Origin: an uncultured Hyphomicrobiales bacterium
Lineage (GTDB): Bacteria > Bacteroidota > Ignavibacteria > Kapaibacteriales > UBA2268
Assembly: GCA_964413155.1 (NCBI GenBank)
Contig: CAYPRT010000001.1
Coordinates: 235,863 to 299,862, forward strand
DNA length: 64,000 bases
Reading direction: 5' to 3'
A model generated the notes under the pieces. That model worked only from the letters and a program-made list of their open reading frames with translations, did not search any database and was not told the DNA's origin. The position numbers and the translations under genes are program-made. Of this stretch, positions 50,594 through 60,014 are shown one piece after another (position 1 is the stretch's first letter; each line of letters opens with the position of its first letter).

Positions 50594-51773
50594 AAAGATT
50601 CGTGAGAATTTGAGTATTTTTAACCCGTTGTTCTGCCTTTTTACAATAGGATTCTGATATGTCTATTCCTATATAAATCCTTGAAAGCCTTTTCGCAACA
50701 GCAGTAGTCGTACCAACACCATTAAACGGGTCAAGTATTACATCTTCTTTAAAACTAAATAATTTTAAAGCTCGTTCAACCAATGCCTCGGGAAACATTG
50801 CTGGGTGACCATATTTCTTCATATTATTTTCAGGGGGAATTTCCCATTTTGCATAAACCCATTTTTTAAATTCATCGCCTGTAATGTCAGCCATTTTCTC
50901 GTTGCCAATATGTTTTAAGTCGCCCTTACAAAAAATTTCAAGAAATTCCCAAGTATATTTTAAATACGGATTGCTTGGACTTTTCCAACTACCCCATGCA
51001 GTATATTTACAATTATAATTGTGTTTTTCCCACAAAATTTCACCTTTCCAAATTAATTTATTTTGAATGAAAAAGTTAGAGATAATATGGTGAATTGGAA
51101 TGTAGTCTGAAAACAGAGGTTGAACATTTACAATAATTCTACCCCCATATTTTAAAACCCTTATGCATTCTTGAAAAATTGAAAAAAGCTTATTGAAATA
51201 TTCATTCCAATCGATTCCATCCTCGTGCGACTCATACTCAAGTCCAAAATTATATGGTGGGGAAGTAAATATTAAGTCAATACAGTTATCGGGAAAACTT
51301 CTCAAGACCTCCTCGCTATCTCCAACAATTATCTTGTTCATTAATTCTTCGGGAACTGGATTATTCTTTCTAGAAAAATTATTATCTTTTGCATAATAAT
51401 ACATACCTCTCGTTATTACTTTTTCTTGTCTATTCTTAACTTTCCTTTCTCTGCCATAATCCACATACAATCTTTTCTTGCCTTTTAAACCATAACTTTT
51501 TATTTTATCAATGCTGGAAAAAATTGATTTCAATAATTTACTTGTACTATCATCGGATTTATTCAGCAAAGTTTGAATATTTTTTTGAAAATCAAAAAAA
51601 TCTATCTCCCTTAAATGTATAACAATTCCATCATTACTCACTTCATAAAAGACATCAGTTTTAGGATAAACCGAAAATAATTGATTCAGAATGCTTAAAT
51701 TGCTAATAGCTTCATTGTTCTTAATCTTAATTTCCTTGTATACTAATCCTTCTGTTAAAGAAACTGTGCTCAT
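50571..51773 (-). CDS. DNA methyltransferase, beta-class N4-cytosine/N6-adenine type, with a ~140-aa N-terminal extra domain
   Basis: Motif IV IDLIFTSPPYNF comes before motif I ILDPFNGVGTTTAVAKRL (beta order). HPAMFPEAL. Confidence 0.85.
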   Translation of the reverse strand: MSTVSLTEGLVYKEIKIKNNEAISNLSILNQLFSVYPKTDVFYEVSNDGIVIHLREIDFFDFQKNIQTLLNKSDDSTSKLLKSIFSSIDKIKSYGLKGKKRLYVDYGRERKVKNRQEKVITRGMYYYAKDNNFSRKNNPVPEELMNKIIVGDSEEVLRSFPDNCIDLIFTSPPYNFGLEYESHEDGIDWNEYFNKLFSIFQECIRVLKYGGRIIVNVQPLFSDYIPIHHIISNFFIQNKLIWKGEILWEKHNYNCKYTAWGSWKSPSNPYLKYTWEFLEIFCKGDLKHIGNEKMADITGDEFKKWVYAKWEIPPENNMKKYGHPAMFPEALVERALKLFSFKEDVILDPFNGVGTTTAVAKRLSRIYIGIDISESYCKKAEQRVKNTQILTNLFDAGDYE

Positions 51774-52020
51774 TTTTCACCTATTGACTAAAATTTCACC
51801 GAAAATTAAAAGCAATTATAAAAAGAAATTAAAATATAATAAAATTTTTCATATTAAAATGATTTTGAGAAATTTAAGTTAATTAAACTAAGACTATTTG
51901 ATAAAATAAGAAGATTATTTTATAAGTTAAACCAAAAAATTTGTACAAAAATTACAATATCATATATATATTTTTATCCTTTTGAATTTTTTACTAAGAG
52001 TTCAGGATTGTTTTTCATCT
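51774..52020. other. Extremely AT-rich 247-bp spacer on the upstream side of the R-M cassette
   Basis: No ORF. Composition is more AT-rich than neighbouring intergenic regions. Confidence 0.5.
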
Positions 52021-53589
52021 CTATTTTGTTGAAGAATAAACAAATATCTTCTTAATTAAATCTTTGTCTCTTTTTATTTCGTTGACATTGACCGTTCGCA
52101 GAATGTTTTCCCATCGTTCTTTGTTTTGCAAAACAAAGTCTTTAGCTTTATCGTAATCATTTGGAATAACTCCATCGAGTATAGCTTCTTCGATAGCTGT
52201 TTTTATCACACCAACTTCGGGAGACGGACGCAATTTGAAGATGTCCATAATTTCTTCGCCGCGAACTGGTGATTGGAACTGGCGAAGTTTATCTTTTTCT
52301 TGAACTTGTAGAACCTTTTTCCAAACTTTTTGGTAGTTGTTCAAATATTTCTTGCTTAAGTTTGGGTTGTTTGTAGTAATATCACACCGACAAAGTAGAA
52401 ACAAATCCTCGAGAGCATCGCCAGCATAGGCAGCCAGCCGACGGATTGCCGAATCGGTCACTCCATCGTCGACCAAAGCCATAGGCCTTTGATGCAATCG
52501 AACCATTTTTTCAACATACTCAACATTTTCCAATGGTAGTTTCAACTTCCTAAAGATGTTCGACACCATTCGTGCCCCAACTTCCTCGTGTCCGTGATAC
52601 GACCACCCTACCCCAGGGATGAACTTTTTCGTTTTTGGTTTGCCAATGTCGTGAATTAGAGCAGCAAATCGAAGATAAGTTTTATCGGTTTGTTCGGCTA
52701 CTTTTTCGAGCACTTTAAGACTATGGAAAAACACATCCTTATGGGAATATTTAATTCCATTCTCTTCAATTGTTTCAACTCCAGCCATTGCATAAAGTTC
52801 TGGAAAAATTAATTCGAGCAACCCGCTTTCGAACAACAATATAAAACCTTTGCTTGGGCGAGCAGATTCAATAATTTTCAAAAGTTCGCTTGTAATCCTT
52901 TCCTGCGAAACAATCTTAATTCTATCGCGCATCTCTTTCAAAGCAAGGAAAGTCTGTTCTTCGATTTCGAAATTAAGCTGAGTGGAAAACCTTATAGCAC
53001 GAAGCATTCGCAAAGGGTCGTCGTCAAATGTTGCTCTTGGGTCGAGTGGTGTTCGAATAATACGATTTTGCAGATCTTTATACCCATCGAACAAATCAAT
53101 AAGTTTTCCAAAATTATCCTTTTGCAAAGAAACAGCCAGAGCGTTTATGGTAAAATCTCGTCGGCGAAGGTCATCTTCGAGTGTTCCCTCCGATACAATT
53201 GGTTTTCGACTTTTAGGTAAGTAAACTTCTTTTCGTGTTCCAACAAATTCGAATTCATTTCCTTTGACGGGTACCATTGCAGTAAAAAAGCGAGGATAGG
53301 CTACAACCTTGGAATGAAAATGATCGGCAACAATTTTAGCAAACTCAATTGAATCCCCTACAACTGTGAAATCTGCATCTTTTGTTGGTCTATTTAAAAG
53401 AAGATCTCGAACATAGCCGCCAACAAGATAAATTTCAAAATTATGCTTGTTTGCAAGTTCCTTAATTTTCAGTATTGTCTTGTCTTGGATTTCAACCTTA
53501 ATATCTGAGGCGGTCTGATATATAGTTTCGAACTTCTTTATTCTTTTCCTTTTCTTTTCAGTTGGATTGGTAAAATTTTCTTGCTCCAT
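52021..53589 (-). CDS. cca: CCA-adding tRNA nucleotidyltransferase with a C-terminal HD domain
   Basis: YLVGGYVRDLLLNRPTKDADF, RRDFTINALA, HD domain LIHDIGK. Confidence 0.85.
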   Translation of the reverse strand: MEQENFTNPTEKKRKRIKKFETIYQTASDIKVEIQDKTILKIKELANKHNFEIYLVGGYVRDLLLNRPTKDADFTVVGDSIEFAKIVADHFHSKVVAYPRFFTAMVPVKGNEFEFVGTRKEVYLPKSRKPIVSEGTLEDDLRRRDFTINALAVSLQKDNFGKLIDLFDGYKDLQNRIIRTPLDPRATFDDDPLRMLRAIRFSTQLNFEIEEQTFLALKEMRDRIKIVSQERITSELLKIIESARPSKGFILLFESGLLELIFPELYAMAGVETIEENGIKYSHKDVFFHSLKVLEKVAEQTDKTYLRFAALIHDIGKPKTKKFIPGVGWSYHGHEEVGARMVSNIFRKLKLPLENVEYVEKMVRLHQRPMALVDDGVTDSAIRRLAAYAGDALEDLFLLCRCDITTNNPNLSKKYLNNYQKVWKKVLQVQEKDKLRQFQSPVRGEEIMDIFKLRPSPEVGVIKTAIEEAILDGVIPNDYDKAKDFVLQNKERWENILRTVNVNEIKRDKDLIKKIFVYSSTK

Positions 53590-53592
53590 AAA

Positions 53593-55647
53593 TCAGGCAG
53601 CATCTTCCTGTGTACAGAAGTATTCGATAGTTTTTTCAGCACAAGTTTTACAATAACCAAGTTTATTAATCATAGTATCGAGCATCCTATTGTAAAGGCG
53701 TTGATTTTCTTCGTTGGTTCGATTCGAAAGGGCACCAACAAGACTACCAGCACCAGATATGTCGGATTTTAATCGAACATCAGTAACTGCTTTAACAAGT
53801 TCAGCATTGTCCATAAAGTTATAATTTGGGTCTTTCACAATTCGTTGCCCATATATTTTAATAATTGTAGTTCGAAAGCTTTGCTTCTGTTCCCGAGTTT
53901 TCAATCCCATTCTTTCCTCAACACTATTTACGAAAGACTCGTCTATTTTCAAAGAAGCAAGCTTACCAGTCCTTGGGTCGCGATATGTCCAAATTTTATC
54001 ACTTCCAAGATTTTTGGCATCAATCCCAATTACCATATTCACATAGTTCATAACATCCCTTTCAATTGCATCGGGTTCGTCCATATATGCATTGAAAATA
54101 GACTTCAATACATTCTGTCGATACAATTGTTTAGCAATTTTCAAATCGTTGAAATATTTAATTCTATCGTTGGGGTCTTGAACATAATCAAGGATAACAG
54201 TTTCGAGCGAAGGAAAGAAATCACCAGCATACATACATTTCCCTTCTTGAGTTTCTGTACGTTCAAGAAGAATTTGAATAGCGCGGCCCAGATTTCGATG
54301 CCCCAACCCTTTTTGTCCAAATCGCTTTGTAATATCGGGGTCCGCATTTAATTCGTTAATAACTTCGCTCAAAGTTTTAAGGGATTTTTCCCCAGCAACT
54401 TCCCCAGCAGCAAGCTTCATCATCTCGACCGGGGTTAATTTATCGGACCTTGGCATTCGAGTAAGGATAACGGCAACCGAAGTAGTATAAACCAAATTCG
54501 GGTCGATATGTAGTTTTTCGCCACCAAATGTGGTTTTTTCCCAACTACCTATTGCGTATTTTGTTAACTCCATTTGCAGTTTGTAATTGGTGTTATGCGA
54601 CATATAGCAAACTCTACATCGGTCAACAATCGGAGCCTGTTCTTTTTCTTCTAAAAATCGAGCAAATTCGTTGTTGTTGCTTGTTGCAATAATTAAAGTA
54701 TCGAGCGGCCATTTGAAGCCTTCGATTTCAATTGTCCTATTTTGAATCACACCAAGATAAACCTGAATTAGATCTTTTTTGTTTTTAAAAATCTCATCTG
54801 CAAAATGGATTCCACCGCCAGCAACTCGCGCCAAAGCCCCACGACGCAAATCAAATCGATAAGGGTTATCCGTATCGGCAATGTTTAATAATCGAGTAAT
54901 GGACTCTTCGCCTATCAAATCTACAGCCGAAGAAGTTATCTTATCTTTCGCTGCGTATTTACCAGTTAGTGTTCCACGTGATTCGGAAACAGGAACTGGA
55001 AAAACTTCAACAAATTCAAGCATTTTCGATAAATCTCCATCGCAATATTCACGAATTTGATGCCAAATGTAGTAGGTACAAGCCCCAAGAGGTCGATACA
55101 AGCGATAAAAATCTTTTATTTGTGTTTCACTTGCGCCAAGTTGAAGCAAATATTCAATGTTTCGGTCTTTTTCGTCGAAAAGATTCATTGCAAGAATCAT
55201 AGGGTCTTCGAAAGTTTGCGATTCGATTTCCTTGATTTTGCCATAACGACCAATTTTATCTACGTTCTTGAATTTAAAAGAGTAACGGCAATTTTCTTGT
55301 CGCGATATGAAATTGCGATAAAGTTGCATTAAATAATCCACAAAAAAAGTTTTACCATTTCCGGGCTCACCAATAAGGACAAAAGCCATTTCCGCCGAAG
55401 ACCCTCCTTCGGCCGCATCTTTAACAAAGGAAACTAAGCTATTAATTTCGTCGAACATTCCAATTAAATGCTTTTTTCCTTCCCGAAAAACAAGAAAATC
55501 GTAAGTAGGACGACCATTAACAATTACCTTTGCAATTTTCGATGGGTCGCCAAGAATCATCCTTGATATTGATTGAAATACATTTTCGAATTTTCGTTCG
55601 CCATTAATCACTTTTTGGATGTGAAAATCGAGTGTTGTTGTTTCCAT
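53593..55647 (-). CDS. prkA: PrkA-family AAA+ serine protein kinase
   Basis: 684 aa. Walker-type GEPGNGKT. Size and N-terminus fit the PrkA/YeaG family. Confidence 0.75.
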   Translation of the reverse strand: METTTLDFHIQKVINGERKFENVFQSISRMILGDPSKIAKVIVNGRPTYDFLVFREGKKHLIGMFDEINSLVSFVKDAAEGGSSAEMAFVLIGEPGNGKTFFVDYLMQLYRNFISRQENCRYSFKFKNVDKIGRYGKIKEIESQTFEDPMILAMNLFDEKDRNIEYLLQLGASETQIKDFYRLYRPLGACTYYIWHQIREYCDGDLSKMLEFVEVFPVPVSESRGTLTGKYAAKDKITSSAVDLIGEESITRLLNIADTDNPYRFDLRRGALARVAGGGIHFADEIFKNKKDLIQVYLGVIQNRTIEIEGFKWPLDTLIIATSNNNEFARFLEEKEQAPIVDRCRVCYMSHNTNYKLQMELTKYAIGSWEKTTFGGEKLHIDPNLVYTTSVAVILTRMPRSDKLTPVEMMKLAAGEVAGEKSLKTLSEVINELNADPDITKRFGQKGLGHRNLGRAIQILLERTETQEGKCMYAGDFFPSLETVILDYVQDPNDRIKYFNDLKIAKQLYRQNVLKSIFNAYMDEPDAIERDVMNYVNMVIGIDAKNLGSDKIWTYRDPRTGKLASLKIDESFVNSVEERMGLKTREQKQSFRTTIIKIYGQRIVKDPNYNFMDNAELVKAVTDVRLKSDISGAGSLVGALSNRTNEENQRLYNRMLDTMINKLGYCKTCAEKTIEYFCTQEDAA

Positions 55648-55730
55648 TTTTAAAATCCCAAAAATTTTATATGAATTCTTTTCAAATTAATAATTTTTTT
55701 GGAATGCTCAATTTTACCCATTAGTTTGCT

Positions 55731-58007
55731 TCAACTCTTGTTCCTTTTTGAATATTTATAAATCAAATTATCTGCTTCGGATTTTACTATTTTTTTCGTT
55801 CCTTTACATTTTGGATATTTTGAACAGGCAAGGAAATAGCCATTCTTGCCCAATCGCAAAAGCATTTCGCTTCCACACTTCGGGCAATTTTCTTCGGGAA
55901 CTGGAATTGGAGAAAACTTCTTAGATTTTCCGTTTGTTTCAATTGGTTTCGTCCCTTTGCATTCAGGATATCGGGAGCAACTATAGAATTTCCCAAAACG
56001 ACCTTCGCGAATAACCATTGGTGAACCACAAAGGTCGCAACGAACTTCTTCGTCGACTTCTACAGTCTCTTGTGTTATTTTATTCAAAGGTTTAATGTTT
56101 TTGCATTTTGGATAATTCTTGCAACCAAGAAACCTTCCATATTTGCTTACCCGCACAACCATTGGAGCGCCACAAAGTTCGCATACAACGCCGTTTGCAG
56201 CTTCGTTTTGGGCTTCCTCGAGCAGTTTTTGAAGTGGTTCGTAAAATTTTGTTAATACATCAATATACTTTGTCCTACCTTCAGCAATTGTGTCGAGTTC
56301 ATCTTCCATTTTGGCTGTAAATTCAACATTAAATATGTCCGAAAAGAATTTTACAAGTGTGTTATTTACTTCTTTGCCTAATTCCGTTGGGAAAAATGTT
56401 TTATTCTTTAATTTAACATAATTGCGTTCGAGTAAAGTTGTAACAATAGTTGCATATGTACTTGGTCGACCAATACCTTTTTCTTCGAGTTCCTTAATTA
56501 AGCTTGCTTGATTGAAGCGGGGAGGTGGTTGCGTTTGCGATTTCTTTGCTTCCAAATTCGCAAGCACCAATGCTTGACCAATTTCTACAGGAGGCAAAAG
56601 AACTTTTTCTTCGTCCGATGTTTTATCGTTTGATGTTTGTTCTTCTTCTTGGTAAACAACAAGGTAACCATCGAAAGTAAGAACTCTACCTGATGCTCGA
56701 AAAACAAAATTCCCATCGGAAATATCTATGGTAGTCTGTTCATATTCAGCGGGTCGCATCTGACTTGCTACAAAGCGATTGTAGATTAATTCGTAAAGTG
56801 CAAAAAGGTTCTTATCAAGATAAGGCTTTACATAATCAGGTGTGTAGTTGATATATGTTGGGCGAATTGCTTCGTGCGCATCCTGAACATTAGCAGATTT
56901 GTTTTGGTAAACATTTGGTTTCGAAGGTAAATAATTTTCGCCAAACTTGTTACGTATGTGTTCGCGAACTGAATCAATTGCATCTTGACTAACTCGGAAA
57001 GAATCGGTGCGCATATAAGTTATTAAACCAACATTGCCTTCCTTCCCAATTGGAACACCTTCGTAAAGTTTTTGTGCAAGTTGCATTGTTAGTTTGTTCG
57101 AAAAACCAAGAAGCCGAGCAGCCGATTGCTGCAAAGTAGAAGTAATAAATGGTGGCTTTGGTTTTTCTGTTACCTTCTTTTTCTTTAAATTTTCAACTTG
57201 AAATTTGCCCTGCTTTATTCTTTCGATTAATCTTTGAGCTTCTTCTTCGGATGCAATGAAGAAGAATTGGCTAATTCTTTTTTGATATTGTTGCTCAGTT
57301 TCGTTACGCTGGGGTTTTTGTGAACCTTCTGGGTTAACTATATGTTTACCATCGAACTTAATAAGTCGGGCTGAGATTACATTTCCATCAGCAAGAAACT
57401 TGCCAAAAATGTTCCAATAGGTAAAAGGCTTGAATGCTTCAATGTCTTCTTCACGTTCACAAATTAAACGAAGAGCAACAGATTGGACTCGCCCAGCCGA
57501 AAGTGCTTTAGCTGTTTTTTTAACGAGAGCATTCGAAAGAAATGGGGAAATTTTGTATCCTATCAATCTGTCCAAAACACGGCGAGCTTGTTGCGAGTAA
57601 AAAAGATTTTCGTCAAGGTTGCGAGGTTGGGCAAGCCCCTGCTTTACACCTTTTTCAGTTATTTCGTTGAAGAGTACTCTTTTTATGTTTGGATTCTCTT
57701 TCCGAATTTCTTCGGCAATATGCCAAGCAATTGCTTCGCCTTCGCGATCAGGATCAGTAGCTAAGAAGACAATATCGCATTGTTTCGCAGCATCTTTTAA
57801 ATCCTTGATTATTTCCTTCTTGTCCTTTAAGATTTCATATTTGGGAAGAAAACCATTTTTTATATCAACACTTAAAGTGTGTTTATTTAAATCTTTTATA
57901 TGACCAACAGAGGCTTTGACAAAGAAATTCTTCCCAAGATACTTTCCAATTGTTTTTGCTTTAGCGGGCGATTCAACAACAACCAAATTCTTTTCTTTCT
58001 TCGCCAT
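55731..58007 (-). CDS. topA: DNA topoisomerase I
   Basis: TOPRIM N-terminus LVVVESPAKAKTI, catalytic region, and three C-terminal C4 zinc ribbons (CELCGAPM...CKNYPKC etc.). Confidence 0.92.
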   Translation of the reverse strand: MAKKEKNLVVVESPAKAKTIGKYLGKNFFVKASVGHIKDLNKHTLSVDIKNGFLPKYEILKDKKEIIKDLKDAAKQCDIVFLATDPDREGEAIAWHIAEEIRKENPNIKRVLFNEITEKGVKQGLAQPRNLDENLFYSQQARRVLDRLIGYKISPFLSNALVKKTAKALSAGRVQSVALRLICEREEDIEAFKPFTYWNIFGKFLADGNVISARLIKFDGKHIVNPEGSQKPQRNETEQQYQKRISQFFFIASEEEAQRLIERIKQGKFQVENLKKKKVTEKPKPPFITSTLQQSAARLLGFSNKLTMQLAQKLYEGVPIGKEGNVGLITYMRTDSFRVSQDAIDSVREHIRNKFGENYLPSKPNVYQNKSANVQDAHEAIRPTYINYTPDYVKPYLDKNLFALYELIYNRFVASQMRPAEYEQTTIDISDGNFVFRASGRVLTFDGYLVVYQEEEQTSNDKTSDEEKVLLPPVEIGQALVLANLEAKKSQTQPPPRFNQASLIKELEEKGIGRPSTYATIVTTLLERNYVKLKNKTFFPTELGKEVNNTLVKFFSDIFNVEFTAKMEDELDTIAEGRTKYIDVLTKFYEPLQKLLEEAQNEAANGVVCELCGAPMVVRVSKYGRFLGCKNYPKCKNIKPLNKITQETVEVDEEVRCDLCGSPMVIREGRFGKFYSCSRYPECKGTKPIETNGKSKKFSPIPVPEENCPKCGSEMLLRLGKNGYFLACSKYPKCKGTKKIVKSEADNLIYKYSKRNKS

Positions 58008-58095
58008 TGCGTTTTGAACCCTTTAAAAGATATTCAAAAAACGATATTTATTTAAATATATTTCACAATGAATTAGGTTTCCAGAAAAATCCTGT

Positions 58096-58746
58096 TCAAA
58101 AAGTAGAAATAGTAAAACGAATCACAACATCAAATCGAACATTTACAAGAGCAAAATACTTCTTTTCGGTTGTTTGTCCCAAAACTTTTCCATATTCAGA
58201 TTCAAGATAAAAGTAGGGGCGACTTCGAACAACTTCTGTCAGAACTTGAGAAATTTCATTGCTAATAATCTTGATGTGATGTGGTTTCCTATAAAAATCC
58301 CTTACATCAAGATTGTGGAATTCCCCTAAAACGAACCGCGGCAAAGTTGTGTCTTCTTCGAAGTCGCTTGAATCCTTTGGATTAATTTTCCCAGGTTTTG
58401 GTTTAGCAAAAATCAAAACAAAGCTGACATTTTCTATAATTAAGGAATCCACATTTGGATTAAATGGAACATTATTAGAATACACAAGCGAATCAATCCA
58501 ATAGTTGAATTGAACAATTTCTGAAGAAGCAATTTTTTCCCGATTTTTTTCAAATTCACTGTAATTAGTCAAGTTAGCAAATATCTTAGAAGTATCGGGA
58601 ATTGATTTATCCAAATAATTTACATAAAAATAGAAAGGAATTTGGACCGTAAAGTTCTCAAATGAATTAATTACATCGCTGTAACAAGAGGTTAAAGAGA
58701 AAGCAATCAAAAAATATAGAAATTTTTTTAACCTTTTATTTCTCAT
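58096..58746 (-). CDS. Hypothetical lipoprotein
   Basis: Start taken at the ATG at 58746 (MRNKRLKKFLYFLIAFSLTSC lipobox). The tracked ORF starts at an upstream TTG. Confidence 0.45.
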   Translation of the reverse strand: MRNKRLKKFLYFLIAFSLTSCYSDVINSFENFTVQIPFYFYVNYLDKSIPDTSKIFANLTNYSEFEKNREKIASSEIVQFNYWIDSLVYSNNVPFNPNVDSLIIENVSFVLIFAKPKPGKINPKDSSDFEEDTTLPRFVLGEFHNLDVRDFYRKPHHIKIISNEISQVLTEVVRSRPYFYLESEYGKVLGQTTEKKYFALVNVRFDVVIRFTISTF

Positions 58747-59836
58747 TTCGACTTTTCCCGATAAATAAACCAAAACCTGCTGAAATCATTGGTTGGGTTG
58801 CATATGCTAATTCAAAATTCAAAAATCCAAAATAAAAAGAAAGAGTAAATCCACCCTTCAATTGAAATTTGGTAAATGATTTTAAAGAAATTATTATTGG
58901 GCTGGCTTCGCGTAGTTCGGGGAATGGGCTATCGACAATTTTTTCACTATACCCAGTTGTGTCCTTAATTGCTTTAAAGAAGCCATTCATATTCTCGTAT
59001 TGAAAGCCCAAATACCCACAAAGATTACCCCATCGTTGCATTGCATTAATTCCGAGAGCATAACTTGATAAATCGAAGAAATCGCCCCAATACATTCTGT
59101 GCAGAGCAAAATGAAGCGAAAGGGCCTTGTTTTTGTCCAAACCAAACAAATTTAATAAATGGTCAAAACGTTGATTTACTCCAATAGTAAAATAAACAAA
59201 GGTCTCATCTTCACTGGGTTCAACATAGATGCGAAAACGAATTTCATTTCGAAGTGGTGTTTCAATAATTGCCTGTAAAACCGGTAAACCAGCCATAAAA
59301 TCAATATGCAAACCTTCTGGATATGCTATTGTTTTGTAAGTAGAATCCGGGAAAATGTGATTTTGAGGTGCGGAAAATATTGGGGTGGAACTCCCGCCAA
59401 AAATAGTTGGTTGGATGTTGGGTTTGATAACATATCTATATATCTCACCATTGCGATATTGAGCAACCTTTGCAGCGTTTGAATCGAAGAAACCGGGTGG
59501 AACTTCAGCATCGAACGTTTTATGTTCATCGGGAATAATCATCCCACAAACTGAAAGATTCAAAGTAAAGCGAAATTTGCCATCGGGAAGGCTTGTTCCA
59601 AAAAGTGAATTATTCAAACTTTGCTCAAGGGTTGTAAAAATTGGCTTTAAATAGCCTTCTAAATTTTTTGAAGTGAACAAAGTAAAATCTTTCGGAAGAA
59701 CAAAACCTTCCGAAAAGAGATTGCTTTGGATTAATGCAATCGAAACAAAAATTAACAATACATTTTTTTGTCTCTGCAAATTACTTCTTTTCAATTTTGA
59801 ATTTGCAAAATAAAATAAAACAGAAAACAAATCCAA
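58736..59836 (-). CDS. Hypothetical secreted/envelope protein
   Basis: 366 aa. Hydrophobic N-terminal segment. No recognisable domain. Confidence 0.45.
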   Translation of the reverse strand: MDLFSVLFYFANSKLKRSNLQRQKNVLLIFVSIALIQSNLFSEGFVLPKDFTLFTSKNLEGYLKPIFTTLEQSLNNSLFGTSLPDGKFRFTLNLSVCGMIIPDEHKTFDAEVPPGFFDSNAAKVAQYRNGEIYRYVIKPNIQPTIFGGSSTPIFSAPQNHIFPDSTYKTIAYPEGLHIDFMAGLPVLQAIIETPLRNEIRFRIYVEPSEDETFVYFTIGVNQRFDHLLNLFGLDKNKALSLHFALHRMYWGDFFDLSSYALGINAMQRWGNLCGYLGFQYENMNGFFKAIKDTTGYSEKIVDSPFPELREASPIIISLKSFTKFQLKGGFTLSFYFGFLNFELAYATQPMISAGFGLFIGKSRNEK

Positions 59837-59907
59837 AAGTTACAAAGATATAATTTGAATAAGAGTTGTAACCAGATTAAAAATATTTAGAATTACCATT
59901 CTGCAAT

Positions 59908-59931
59908 AATGCATTAAGCTTTTAATGCATT
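59908..59931. promoter_or_regulatory. Two copies of the palindrome AATGCATT, 16 bp centre-to-centre, upstream of the yeaH-like gene
   Basis: aAATGCATTaagcttttAATGCATTt in the 178-bp AT-rich region before 60015. Confidence 0.35.
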
Positions 59932-60014
59932 TAATTGGAAAATCCTAATTATCCAATCAAAAAAGATTTATTATTTTGCATTATAAAAAGGATAAAAGAA
60001 ATTGTAAGTAGTCA

